Positions 12,101 through 19,750 of a stretch of DNA of 64,000 nt are shown here, piece by piece. How positions within the stretch are numbered: position 1 is the first letter of the stretch; every line of letters starts with the position of its first letter. The notes under the pieces were generated by a model. That model was not told where the DNA came from and ran no database searches. It saw only the letters and a list, made by a program, of their open reading frames with translations. This DNA comes from Candidatus Geothermincolia bacterium (GTDB lineage: Bacteria; Actinomycetota; Geothermincolia; Fen-727; Anoxymicrobiaceae), in assembly GCA_038326775.1 (NCBI GenBank), contig JBBQKJ010000004.1, forward strand, positions 8,532-72,531, in the 5' to 3' direction. Position numbers and translations under genes: made by a program.

Positions 12101-12507
12101 ACCCCCCAAAGGTCGTAGCCGTAGCCGGTGTCGGGCGCGGTCTCCGCGGTCCAGGTGGCGCCGCCGTTCGTCGTCCTGAGGATGGTCTTGCCCTCGCCGA
12201 CGGCCCAGACGTTGCTGGCGTCTATCGGGTCGACCCCGTAGAGGCTCGCGGTGGTGCCGCTCGCCTGCTCAACGAGCCTGGACCCGTTCCAGAGGATGAC
12301 CCTGCCGTATTCTCCGACCGACCAGACCGTGGAAGTGCTGAAGGCGGACGTGGAGAACATCAGGTGCCCTTTCGGCAAGGGGTTCTGCCAGACCCAGGTG
12401 TAGGTGCCACCCGTCGCCGCAGAGGCGGCGCCTGCCGAGACCAGTAGCGCCAGCAGTACCAGCATCACTGCCAGACCCGCGGCTGCGTTTCTGCTTATCC
12501 GGAACAT
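9106..12507 (-). CDS. Large secreted protein: YCF48/BNR-like beta-propeller repeats, IPT/TIG-like domain, Pro linker, four WYLAEG (DUF5719-type) repeats
   Basis: Signal peptide from ATG 12507 (SD GAGAGG); repeated W..Q.S.T...L..V units; PPPPPPP linker; four WY(L/M)AEG / WWLPDG...ER.MY(W) repeats at the C-terminus. Confidence 0.85.
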   Translation of the reverse strand: MFRISRNAAAGLAVMLVLLALLVSAGAASAATGGTYTWVWQNPLPKGHLMFSTSAFSTSTVWSVGEYGRVILWNGSRLVEQASGTTASLYGVDPIDASNVWAVGEGKTILRTTNGGATWTAETAPDTGYGYDLWGVAALSNTNVYAVGGYDGFSHALVLHRDASGWHVEQHYDTGGFMDVFAYSASAVWVVGQAPLPIAGRTLFYNGSTWSLRDTTRAPMAVSAYSASNVFVVDWDGTVLRSTNGGASYTPIMTGEYWPASVSAISSTRLWVVGWDGNIRYSTNNGSSWTPQTSNTTSDICDVWARSTTTIYCAGDEVVLTSTNTGGTWTPRTGGTTGALNAVSGRDADNVMAGGAYVSATYRNVQMSADGGEVWTPSNAGNYTVYGLAYFDSANAWASCNGLVRKWSGSAWSSAISVTGRTFYCIAAAAANRVWAGQDNGRVRYYNGSAWTEQVTSNTNALYGISAASTTTAWAVGAAGTILYTANAGTNWSPQTSNTPNTLRAVKALNTTTAWAVGDGGTIRYTNNSGTTWQTQASGTTQNLLGVSAADATHVWAVGAAGTILFYDGATWTPQTSPTTNTLRAVFAFDANDAWAVGDSGTIIFADPPYVKACVPEWGNPGDTLDAQIIGGYTHFTDSTPVVSLGEGVSIVPGSQRVVDNTHVLARIRVEPGAELGLRDVSVTSATEVPIPLKDGFTVGAPPPPPPPSISSKWYLAEGSTAWGFDTNISVVNPNAEAVTVKVTYYTPGGPVGRPNIKMPPESRVTINPMNEDELLSDFSTKVECLEGKTIAADRTMYWRGEGAAGAEGHSSIGVTAPATTWYMAEGSSAWGFECWLLIQNPGATDATCQVTYMTDGLGQQTVKKTVPAHSRKSFNMADDIGAKDASIKVASDVPVIPERSMYRNNRREGHNSIGVTDPATDYYLAEGSTAWGFTTYVLVQNPNPADAQVTLTYMTPGGKFAQPPLTVPANSRRTVRVNDALPGVDVSTRVWSNLPVIAERAMYWDAGLGEACHDSIGASAPASQWWLPDGQSGHGFERTFETWTLVQNPNDVPVKVRLTYLNNSGTGNKTFTDTVPANSRRTYDMAEHITDDRAGIKVESLTAAHGVIVERSMYWDNRSAGTDTIGGRPASF

Positions 12508-12635
12508 CTCCCAACCTCTCTCACGCGTCGTTTCTCCACACCATCCATAACGCCGGCGAAGGCCTCCGGGAGCCTTCATGCCACATCATTAACAGTATCG
12601 GCAACCAGCCTCAACCACGATAACCTCAAAAGCAG

Positions 12636-13811
12636 CTAGAACAGGCGTTCGGGGCGCCCGTTGGGGAGGTCGTCGGTGCCGTCCGGCGGCCTGCCGTCAG
12701 CCTGCGCCGTTTCTTCCTCGGTGGCGTCCACCTCCCGTACGCCGTGCGACTCGCGTTCCCTGTCTTCTATCTCGTCGGTCTCGGAGGCCGGCTGCCCGGA
12801 ACCCTCCGTTTCTTCCGGTACTGTAGATTCCCCATCTGTGTCCTCATCAACGGGAGCCTTGGCCTCTCCATCGCCTTTTTTCTTCCGTTTCCGGCGCAAC
12901 CACTTCAGCAGGATGACCAGAGCGGTGATAATGGCAACAAGCCCCAGCAATACAGCCAACCAGGACAATGGATACTGGTGGAAGGTGCCCTCTTTGGTCA
13001 CAGTTGTATCAAAGACATCCAGGCTGGGCCCGTACGAGACCTCGGCGCGCACCTTGTACGAGCCGAGCAGGGGTGGGTTGGGTAGCGTCGCGTCCAGGTA
13101 GCGGGTCGTTCCGGGTAGGACGGTTATTTCACCAAGCCGTACACTTCCGGTTCCCCATCCAAAGGTCGGGGCATAGGTCAGTTTTCCTTTGACAGTGAGA
13201 TGAACGTTTCCTTCGTTCTTGACGACCACACGTGCGTGAGTGACCCTCTTCGGCAGCCCCAGAACCTTGCGGCTCGGCCAGAACCAACTGCTCGTCACCG
13301 ACACCGACTCGATTTTCCCCTTGCGGACTATCTCTCCAGGTACCGTTACCAGAATGGTTGAGCCTATTCTCCCCCGCGCTTTGACCTCCCCTTCCCTGGT
13401 CGGTACCGTTTGCTCGAAGAATACTACTGCATAGTGGCCACCGGGTTCGGCGTCAGCGGGTACCGACAGGACGAACTTCTTACTCCCGGTTGTCCCCGCC
13501 GGCACCAGCAACTCAGGCGCTTCTGTACTGATCCATTTAGCGCAGGAGTATGTATAATGCCCGGGTTCCTTGAAAACGAAATCGTTATTGGATTTGATCA
13601 GATAATCCATGTTGTAGACCTTGAACACCTGATCGGCCGTCCCGGTGTTCCTTACATTTATGGCAAACTCCTGGTTGGTCCCGGGAATCACATTGAGCTC
13701 TATCTTCGAAGGGAACACTGCAACGTCAAAAGGGGCCTGGGCCACGCAGGCGGTGATCTCGAGTAGAAGCAAGAGGCTCGTAAGCACGACCAGAAGAAGG
13801 GGTCTCTTCAC
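12636..13811 (-). CDS. DUF916/DUF3324-like (WxL-interacting or PapD-like) membrane-anchored protein
   Basis: Signal peptide; VRNTG; VPADAEPGGHYAVVFFE; VKNEGNVHL; C-terminal TM followed by RRKRKKK and an acidic tail. Confidence 0.78.
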   Translation of the reverse strand: MKRPLLLVVLTSLLLLLEITACVAQAPFDVAVFPSKIELNVIPGTNQEFAINVRNTGTADQVFKVYNMDYLIKSNNDFVFKEPGHYTYSCAKWISTEAPELLVPAGTTGSKKFVLSVPADAEPGGHYAVVFFEQTVPTREGEVKARGRIGSTILVTVPGEIVRKGKIESVSVTSSWFWPSRKVLGLPKRVTHARVVVKNEGNVHLTVKGKLTYAPTFGWGTGSVRLGEITVLPGTTRYLDATLPNPPLLGSYKVRAEVSYGPSLDVFDTTVTKEGTFHQYPLSWLAVLLGLVAIITALVILLKWLRRKRKKKGDGEAKAPVDEDTDGESTVPEETEGSGQPASETDEIEDRERESHGVREVDATEEETAQADGRPPDGTDDLPNGRPERLF

Positions 13812-13824
13812 GCTATCTCTCCTA

Positions 13825-13860
13825 GAAAAGGAATCAAGAGGCTTTCACCTCTTGATTCCT
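13825..13860 (-). terminator. Intrinsic terminator between the major subunit gene and the DUF916-like gene
   Basis: Perfect 13-bp stem AGGAATCAAGAGG-TGAAAG-CCTCTTGATTCCT followed by TTTT on the minus strand. Confidence 0.8.
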
Positions 13861-13918
13861 TGCTGTTCTTCACATTCCTTCAAGGGGCGCATTTTGCGCC
13901 CAGGGGCCTTCGAAGAGA

Positions 13919-14449
13919 TTACGGATTCAAGACAGTGTACGTGTGTGTCGCAGTATAGCTGGCCGGCTGAATGTCCCAGTCGATGAGCAGCGAGTAACGC
14001 ACGTCCAGTGTCCGGTTTGCGCCCCTGAGGCCGTGGGCTAACTGTGTTCCAGGTGTGCTTGCGAATTCGGCGTAGCTACTCACATCCAAAGTAACACCGG
14101 TGCTAGCGCTCTCCCCTTGGAACTTGAAGTTCGCGCTGGGAATATTAAAGCCACCCCCGGAAAGGTCACCGCCCTTGGTGACACTCAGGTTCCAGGCCTT
14201 GTTGCTGTTCACGCGCAGGGACAGTACCTTTGACGTATCCGCAACGGGTGTGTCAACAGGCGCAAGATCACCGTAGGCGACCGGCGATCCTGAGGTGATG
14301 GTTAGCTGCGCGGTCGATGCTACCGCCGCCGTGACACCAACATTTTTGCTGTCGGTGTTGGCCGCGAACGACCCGGAGCCCATGAACGCCATGAACGCCG
14401 CTACCAGTATCACCCCGATCAGCGCCATCATCTTCATCCTCTTACTCAT
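13919..14449 (-). CDS. Secreted WxL/pilin-like beta-sandwich protein (putative major subunit)
   Basis: ATG 14449 with SD AAGGAGG; signal peptide ending GSGSFA; paralogous to 14693-15316 (NSNK.W, VTK.GDL, PSANF, YSL.I.W, Y.ATHTYT). Confidence 0.75.
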   Translation of the reverse strand: MSKRMKMMALIGVILVAAFMAFMGSGSFAANTDSKNVGVTAAVASTAQLTITSGSPVAYGDLAPVDTPVADTSKVLSLRVNSNKAWNLSVTKGGDLSGGGFNIPSANFKFQGESASTGVTLDVSSYAEFASTPGTQLAHGLRGANRTLDVRYSLLIDWDIQPASYTATHTYTVLNP

Positions 14450-14661
14450 TTTCTGCAACCTCCTTGACAGTCGGCCGGGTGCGTAGAAGTAAAATCTGAA
14501 AAGTGCGATTGATCCCCGAGCGCCCGGCCTGGGCGAACGATTCGCTCTATATATCGAGTTCGATGCTCCGTGGCTGAAGTCCTTGGGCATGCGAATGGAC
14601 GAATGGGGGAGGATTAGTAACAAATACGGGTGATACAGGAACGAATCCGCGAGCTCGAGGG

Positions 14662-14694
14662 GGTGGAAATCCGCCTTGAGGTGGAAATCCGCCT
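14662..14694. repeat. Tandem 15-bp direct repeat GGTGGAAATCCGCCT
   Basis: Identical copies at 14662-14676 and 14680-14694; partial GAATCCGC at 14643. Confidence 0.85.
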
Positions 14695-15316
14695 AGATCT
14701 GCAGCGCGGTGTACGTGTGGGTCGCCGAATAGGCGTCCGGCTCGAGCTCCCAGGGGATGGTCAGGCTGTAGTTGATAGTGGTGGCAAGGCCGCTTCCGCG
14801 GGTCCCCTCGGCTACGCGCACATTGGCGCCGAACTGGGTCCCGGCCGGGGCCTCGTATGCGGTCTTGCCGGCGGGCCCCGTAGCGGAGAACGTAAAGTTG
14901 GCGGAAGGGACCGTCTGCGCTCCGACTCGCAGGTCGCCGTCCTTGGTGACCAGTATCCTCCACGGCTTATTGCTGTTGATGGTGGCGGCTATGGACTGCG
15001 TGTAAGGCGCTTCTCTCGGCTGGAGCATCCCTCCACCGAAGTTTACCGTGGGCGTCGACATGGTCAGCTGAATGCTCGGTGGCGCCGCCGCCTGCCTGGC
15101 CTCGGAATCTTCCTGTGGGGTGGATCCCGCGTCCGGCACGGGAGCCGTCTCGGCGGGGGCGTCGACCTCCCGGGTGACGTTGCCCGCCGGCGCGCTGCTC
15201 ATCGGCGGTTCCGTCCCGGTCTGCGCGCGGACGAGCGCGCCGCAGCCGAGCAGCAGCCAGGCTCCCACCGTTATGACGGTACAAGCGACCAGGGCCGTTC
15301 TTGTCTTTTGTGGCAT
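14693..15316 (-). CDS. Secreted WxL/pilin-like protein with Pro/Ala/Glu linker (putative minor subunit)
   Basis: ATG 15316; signal peptide; low-complexity linker; C-terminal domain paralogous to 13919-14449. Confidence 0.72.
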   Translation of the reverse strand: MPQKTRTALVACTVITVGAWLLLGCGALVRAQTGTEPPMSSAPAGNVTREVDAPAETAPVPDAGSTPQEDSEARQAAAPPSIQLTMSTPTVNFGGGMLQPREAPYTQSIAATINSNKPWRILVTKDGDLRVGAQTVPSANFTFSATGPAGKTAYEAPAGTQFGANVRVAEGTRGSGLATTINYSLTIPWELEPDAYSATHTYTALQI

Positions 15317-15418
15317 CAGATGAAACCTCTGTCGGCGGGCTCCGGCCGGCGGCGGCAACAGGTCATCCAAGAGTCCGACAACGATTATATAACGATTGGG
15401 AGGGCCGGGCAGCCCCGG

Positions 15419-16180
15419 TTACTTGATGCCGAGCTTCTGCTTGACCGCCCGGAGGTAGGAATCGCTCACGCGCACCTCGGAGCTCTTGTCGTCCGCCATC
15501 ACGATGACCATGTTCTTCCGGGAGTCGCGGGTGAGCTTGAAGACGCGGTCTGTGTTGATGATGTAAGAGCGGTGCACGCGCATGAACCTGCCGGTCGGCT
15601 CGAGCCTCTCGTCGAGCTCGCCGATGCTGAAGCTGGTGAGGAACCTCCTGTTGCGCGTGTGAGCATAAGCGTACTTGCCGGACGCCTCGACGAAGTATAT
15701 CTGCTCGAGCGGGACCAGGTACGTGTCGTCGCCGATGCGGACCGAAAGCCGCTCGGGAGCGGAGCCGCTCGTTCGCGGCCCGGCCCCGGCTCCCACGTCC
15801 GCGCGCGCGAGTATCTTCCGGATTCGGGCCTCGAGTTCCAGGTTCTTGAACGGCTTGACCACGTAGTCGTCGGCGCCCTTCAGGCCCTGAACCACCACGG
15901 TCTCGTCGCCCACCGCGGAAAGGAACAGTATCGGCATCTCGCCGAGGGAGGGGCTTGAGCGGATTTCCCTCATGACGTCGAGCCCGCTCTTCCCGGGCAT
16001 CAAGACGTCAAGCACTATGAGGTCGGGGCGTTCCGCCTCCGCTATCCTGAGCCCATCGTTCGGGTCATCACAGACGGTCACCCGGAACCCGTCCATGGTA
16101 AGGATGGTATCGAGCAACTGGAGCATGTCGACATCGTCGTCTATGACCAGTAGATGGGGGACCCTTTCTTCCGCTGCCAC
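15419..16180 (-). CDS. Response regulator, REC + LytTR
   Basis: IDDD, LDVLMP, FLSA, KPF receiver motifs; YFVEASGKYAYAH and FMRVHRSYIIN LytTR motifs. Confidence 0.95.
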   Translation of the reverse strand: MAAEERVPHLLVIDDDVDMLQLLDTILTMDGFRVTVCDDPNDGLRIAEAERPDLIVLDVLMPGKSGLDVMREIRSSPSLGEMPILFLSAVGDETVVVQGLKGADDYVVKPFKNLELEARIRKILARADVGAGAGPRTSGSAPERLSVRIGDDTYLVPLEQIYFVEASGKYAYAHTRNRRFLTSFSIGELDERLEPTGRFMRVHRSYIINTDRVFKLTRDSRKNMVIVMADDKSSEVRVSDSYLRAVKQKLGIK

Positions 16181-16277
16181 AATGCACCGCCTTTGCCCTC
16201 ACTATTATATCAGCCGCCGTGCCGGGCTCCGCAACGCCGGAGCGCCCCTCAGGCCGCGCCGTCGCCAGGACCGGGTT

Positions 16278-16634
16278 TCACATCCCCGCTCGCGCGCGGG
16301 CCCGCCGGAAGCACTCGTCCATGTCGCAAGCGATCTCTGTCTCTGTCCACGAACCGAAGACCCTGGCCTGGCCCGATTCGTCCGGAAGGGCCCTGGCTTC
16401 GGCCCAGGCGAACGCCCGTATCTCTTCGGTCAGGCCTTCGGCCTCGTCGCCGGACAGCTTCCTCTCCATGTAGAGCATCGTGCGCGGGAAATGCTCCCCG
16501 AGAAGCGCGCTGAACTCCGCGAGCACGGCGGGGTCCACGGTGCCAAGTGACGCGTTCTTCATTATTGCGAGCTCGAGGGCCAGGAACCGTACGTAGCGAT
16601 CCCTCGCCTCCTCGCTCGGCCACGGCGCGGTCAA
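16278..16634 (-). CDS. Hypothetical protein (118 aa)
   Basis: TTG start at 16634 with SD GAGGGGAG; helical soluble composition; no family recognised. Confidence 0.55.
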   Translation of the reverse strand: MTAPWPSEEARDRYVRFLALELAIMKNASLGTVDPAVLAEFSALLGEHFPRTMLYMERKLSGDEAEGLTEEIRAFAWAEARALPDESGQARVFGSWTETEIACDMDECFRRARARAGM

Positions 16635-16822
16635 TGCCCCTCCCCTCAAGAGCGTGCAGGTAGAATGATAAAAGTCACCGCCCTTTATGATAGTACAAGC
16701 GCCCGGGTTCCGCACCGGGCCGCGGGCGCGGTTTTGAGAAACCCGCGTCAACTGGTGGGCTTGCGGGTCCGATTTGGTAGAATGAACGCAGGTTCGCGTC
16801 CTAGCCGTGGAAGGAGACTCCG

Positions 16823-17515
16823 ATGGCCGACACCGGTATCAAGCCCCAGAAAGAGATAAACAGGCTCAAGACCCTCATCAGGAAACTCGAAAGGGACAAG
16901 GACAGGATGTACCCCGAGTTGGGCCGGCTCACCTACGGGGAGTTCCTCGAAGGCAGGCTGAGCGACCCGGCTCTCGGCGAGTACTGCGAGCGCCTGAAAG
17001 CGATGGACGCCCAGGTGGGGGAGGCGAACGCGCAGGTAGCTGGCCTCCAGGCCCAGGTCCAGCAGATGAAGGCCGGCCCGCCTCCGCCTCAGCCAGCGGC
17101 CGCGGTCGCCTGCACTTCATGCGGGGCCGCCGTGACGCCGGGGTTGAAGTTCTGCGGGAACTGCGGGGCCGTGATGGCCGCCGGCGCGCCCTCACCCGGC
17201 GGGGGTCCGCCCTGCCCCTCGTGCGGCAGGCCTGTCGCTCCCGGAACGCGTTTCTGCGGCGAGTGCGGCCAGCCCGTTCCGGCCGTGCCTCCCTCCGCGC
17301 CCGTGCCGCCACCGCCACCGGCCGCGGCGCCACAACCTGTGCCGTCTCCCGCGCCCGCGCCGCCGCCTCCTCCGCCCGCTGCGCCCGTTCCCGCGCCCGC
17401 GCCGCCGCCCGCTGAGCCCGCGCCGACAGAGCCGGGGAAGTGCCCGGCCTGCGGGGCGCCGGTAGAGGAAGAGGGAGCCGCGTTCTGCGGCGAGTGCGGG
17501 GCCAGGATCGCCTGA
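16823..17515 (+). CDS. Coiled-coil plus triple zinc-ribbon (CxxC...FCxxCG) protein, Pro-rich
   Basis: SD GGAAGGAG; three CxxCG...FCxxCG modules separated by Pro/Ala linkers. Confidence 0.85.
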   Translation: MADTGIKPQKEINRLKTLIRKLERDKDRMYPELGRLTYGEFLEGRLSDPALGEYCERLKAMDAQVGEANAQVAGLQAQVQQMKAGPPPPQPAAAVACTSCGAAVTPGLKFCGNCGAVMAAGAPSPGGGPPCPSCGRPVAPGTRFCGECGQPVPAVPPSAPVPPPPPAAAPQPVPSPAPAPPPPPPAAPVPAPAPPPAEPAPTEPGKCPACGAPVEEEGAAFCGECGARIA

Positions 17516-17536
17516 CCGGGCAGAAGGAGTGGGCGC

Positions 17537-18511
17537 TTGAAGGTCCTGTTAACAGACGCGTCGGGAATGCTCGGAAGCTGCCTTGCCGCCCACCTGCTGG
17601 AGAGCGGTTTCAGCGTTCGCGCCCTCCTCGACCCGGCCGAAGAGGCGCCGTTGCTGAACGGCCTCCCCCTGGAGCGCGCGCCCGGCCGGGTGCTCGACCC
17701 CGAATCCGTTCAGGCCGCGCTCGAAGGCGCGCAGGCTGTCTTTCACTGCGCTTCGGCCGGCCGATACTGGCCTCTCCGCCCGGGCGCACTTCGCGCCGGA
17801 ACCGTTGAAGGCACCCGCAACGTGCTGGTGGCCATGTCGCGGGCCGGCATCGATAAGCTGGTACACCTGGGCTCCGCGTTCTCGTTCGGGGCCGGAACCC
17901 TCGAGGAGCCTGGAACGGAGGAGACCCCTTACGATGGGGAGAGGTTCGGCATGGCCTGCCTCGACTCGACGCGCGCCGCCCAGGAGCTGGTCATGCGGTA
18001 CGGCGAAAGCGGAAAGTTGCGCTGCGTGGTCATCAACCCGACCCTTATGATCGGGGCCGGCGCCGGCCCCGAGGAGCCCCTGACGGCGCTCCTGCGTTAT
18101 GCGTCCTCGGGGCACAAGGTTTTTCCCCCGGGCGGCGTGAACGCGGTCGCCGTCGCCGATGTGGCCGCGGCCGCCCTCAAGGCCCTCGGGCGCGGCCGGC
18201 CTGGGCACTGCTATATCGTCGGGGGAGAAAACGTGTCATACCGGGAGCTGCTGGCGAAGCTCGCCGCGGCGCTCGGGGTTCCCGCTCCGTCACGCGCCGC
18301 CGGCGGAACAGGGCTGATGGCCCGGGGCCTTACCGATTCCATCCGCGGGAGGCTGACCGGAGCCGTGCCCGCCATGACAGGCGGGCTGGCCCGCCTCGCC
18401 GCGGCCACGCTCTACTACAGCGGCGAGAAAGCGGCCGGCCAGCTGGAGTACGCACCCGGCCCGCTCGACCCGGCCATCGAATCGGCCTGCCACTGGCTCG
18501 AGAGGCGCTGA
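17537..18511 (+). CDS. HpnA/dihydroflavonol-reductase-like extended SDR with degenerate catalytic motifs
   Basis: AVFHCAS, VEGTRNVL, VVINPTLMIG, GRPGHCYIVGGEN; has TDASGMLG and CLDST where TGxxGxxG and YxxxK are expected. Confidence 0.85.
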   Translation: MKVLLTDASGMLGSCLAAHLLESGFSVRALLDPAEEAPLLNGLPLERAPGRVLDPESVQAALEGAQAVFHCASAGRYWPLRPGALRAGTVEGTRNVLVAMSRAGIDKLVHLGSAFSFGAGTLEEPGTEETPYDGERFGMACLDSTRAAQELVMRYGESGKLRCVVINPTLMIGAGAGPEEPLTALLRYASSGHKVFPPGGVNAVAVADVAAAALKALGRGRPGHCYIVGGENVSYRELLAKLAAALGVPAPSRAAGGTGLMARGLTDSIRGRLTGAVPAMTGGLARLAAATLYYSGEKAAGQLEYAPGPLDPAIESACHWLERR

Positions 18512-18643
18512 ACCCGCCGGGCCCCGACCCCACTTAGATGAATGTTAAGGCCTTGAGAACTGTGCTAACATCTCTGGCGGAGTCTCTGACCGGATTGTTT
18601 TCGTTGTATATAGCGCTTGACCGTGTCACGAAAGGAGCTTGCC

Positions 18644-19750
18644 ATGAGCAAGCAGCTCAAGCTCGTGCTGGTGGTCCTGCTGGCAGTCCTGACCGCGGCG
18701 TCCGGGGTCCTCTTCCTTGTCGCCGCGACCGCCGGGGGCACGGCTTATGACCCCGCAAAGGTCAGGCTCGACGTCAAGCTGATCACGCGTGAGGAGATAG
18801 TAACCGCCGCCTTTAAGACATACGGCGACGACACCCAGGACATGTGGGTGGCCAAGACCCTCATCAGGAACACCGGGAAGATGCCCGTCTACGACTTCAA
18901 GATATCGTACAAGGTGGGCGACCTTACCGACTGGACCAGCGGGGAGGAGTATCCGGAGATAAGGCCTCAGCAGACGGTGCGAGACTACTGCTGGCCGAAC
19001 CTGGACGAGGAGCGAATCAAGGCCATAACCACGAAGACCCCCGTCGAGCTGGTTATGAAGTACGAATACCGCGGCTTGAGCAAGCCGGTCCAGGACTTCC
19101 AGAAGTTGTTCCTGCTCGGCAGGAACGACTTTGTTTTTTCGAGCCTGCCGGAAAAGGACCGCCTCACCTTCGCCGATGACTTTGACAACTACCGGTTCAT
19201 AGCAGCGTTCATCACCCCTAACGAAAACACGACCAAGTCGTTCGCCAACACGATAGGCGGCGGGCTCGAGACGCGCGCCAGCGACGAAGACGCTCTGGAG
19301 GCGTTCCAGAGGTGCTTCGATGCCCTTCGAGCCCAGGGGGTCAAGTACATCATGGAGCCCGAGGCGTTCTGGGCGGGCTCGGCCGCACAGTACGTGCAGT
19401 ACCCCAGTGAGACAATAGAGCGAAAGTCAGGGACATGCCTCGACCTGGCCGTGGCAATGAGCGCGCTGATGGAGGCCATAGGGGTCAAGTCTTACGTGGC
19501 GCTCATACCCGGCCACGCGATACCGCTGGTCACGCTCCCCGAGAGCGGCGACCTCTACGCCATCGAGTCCACGTTCATCGATAAGGATTACGCGCTTGAC
19601 AAGCACGGTGACGCGGTCTCGCCCGAAGTGAGCTCAGACGAATGCATCTCGATTGCGAGCGACGAGATCAGCCAGGCGCAGGATGACGGACAGATAGTCA
19701 TGATCGACCCGGGCTACTGGTGGAAAGCGGGGGTGATGCCGGCGTGGTAA
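18644..19750 (+). CDS. Secreted transglutaminase-like Cys protease domain protein
   Basis: ATG 18644 with SD AAAGGAG; signal/TM; QYVQYPSETI...SGTCLD...PGHA...AIEST. Confidence 0.8.
   Translation: MSKQLKLVLVVLLAVLTAASGVLFLVAATAGGTAYDPAKVRLDVKLITREEIVTAAFKTYGDDTQDMWVAKTLIRNTGKMPVYDFKISYKVGDLTDWTSGEEYPEIRPQQTVRDYCWPNLDEERIKAITTKTPVELVMKYEYRGLSKPVQDFQKLFLLGRNDFVFSSLPEKDRLTFADDFDNYRFIAAFITPNENTTKSFANTIGGGLETRASDEDALEAFQRCFDALRAQGVKYIMEPEAFWAGSAAQYVQYPSETIERKSGTCLDLAVAMSALMEAIGVKSYVALIPGHAIPLVTLPESGDLYAIESTFIDKDYALDKHGDAVSPEVSSDECISIASDEISQAQDDGQIVMIDPGYWWKAGVMPAW

Noticed and set aside
14545-14565. SOS-box-like TCGAGTTCGA upstream of the major subunit
   Set aside because: Only a half-site of TCGAAC-N4-GTTCGA is present.
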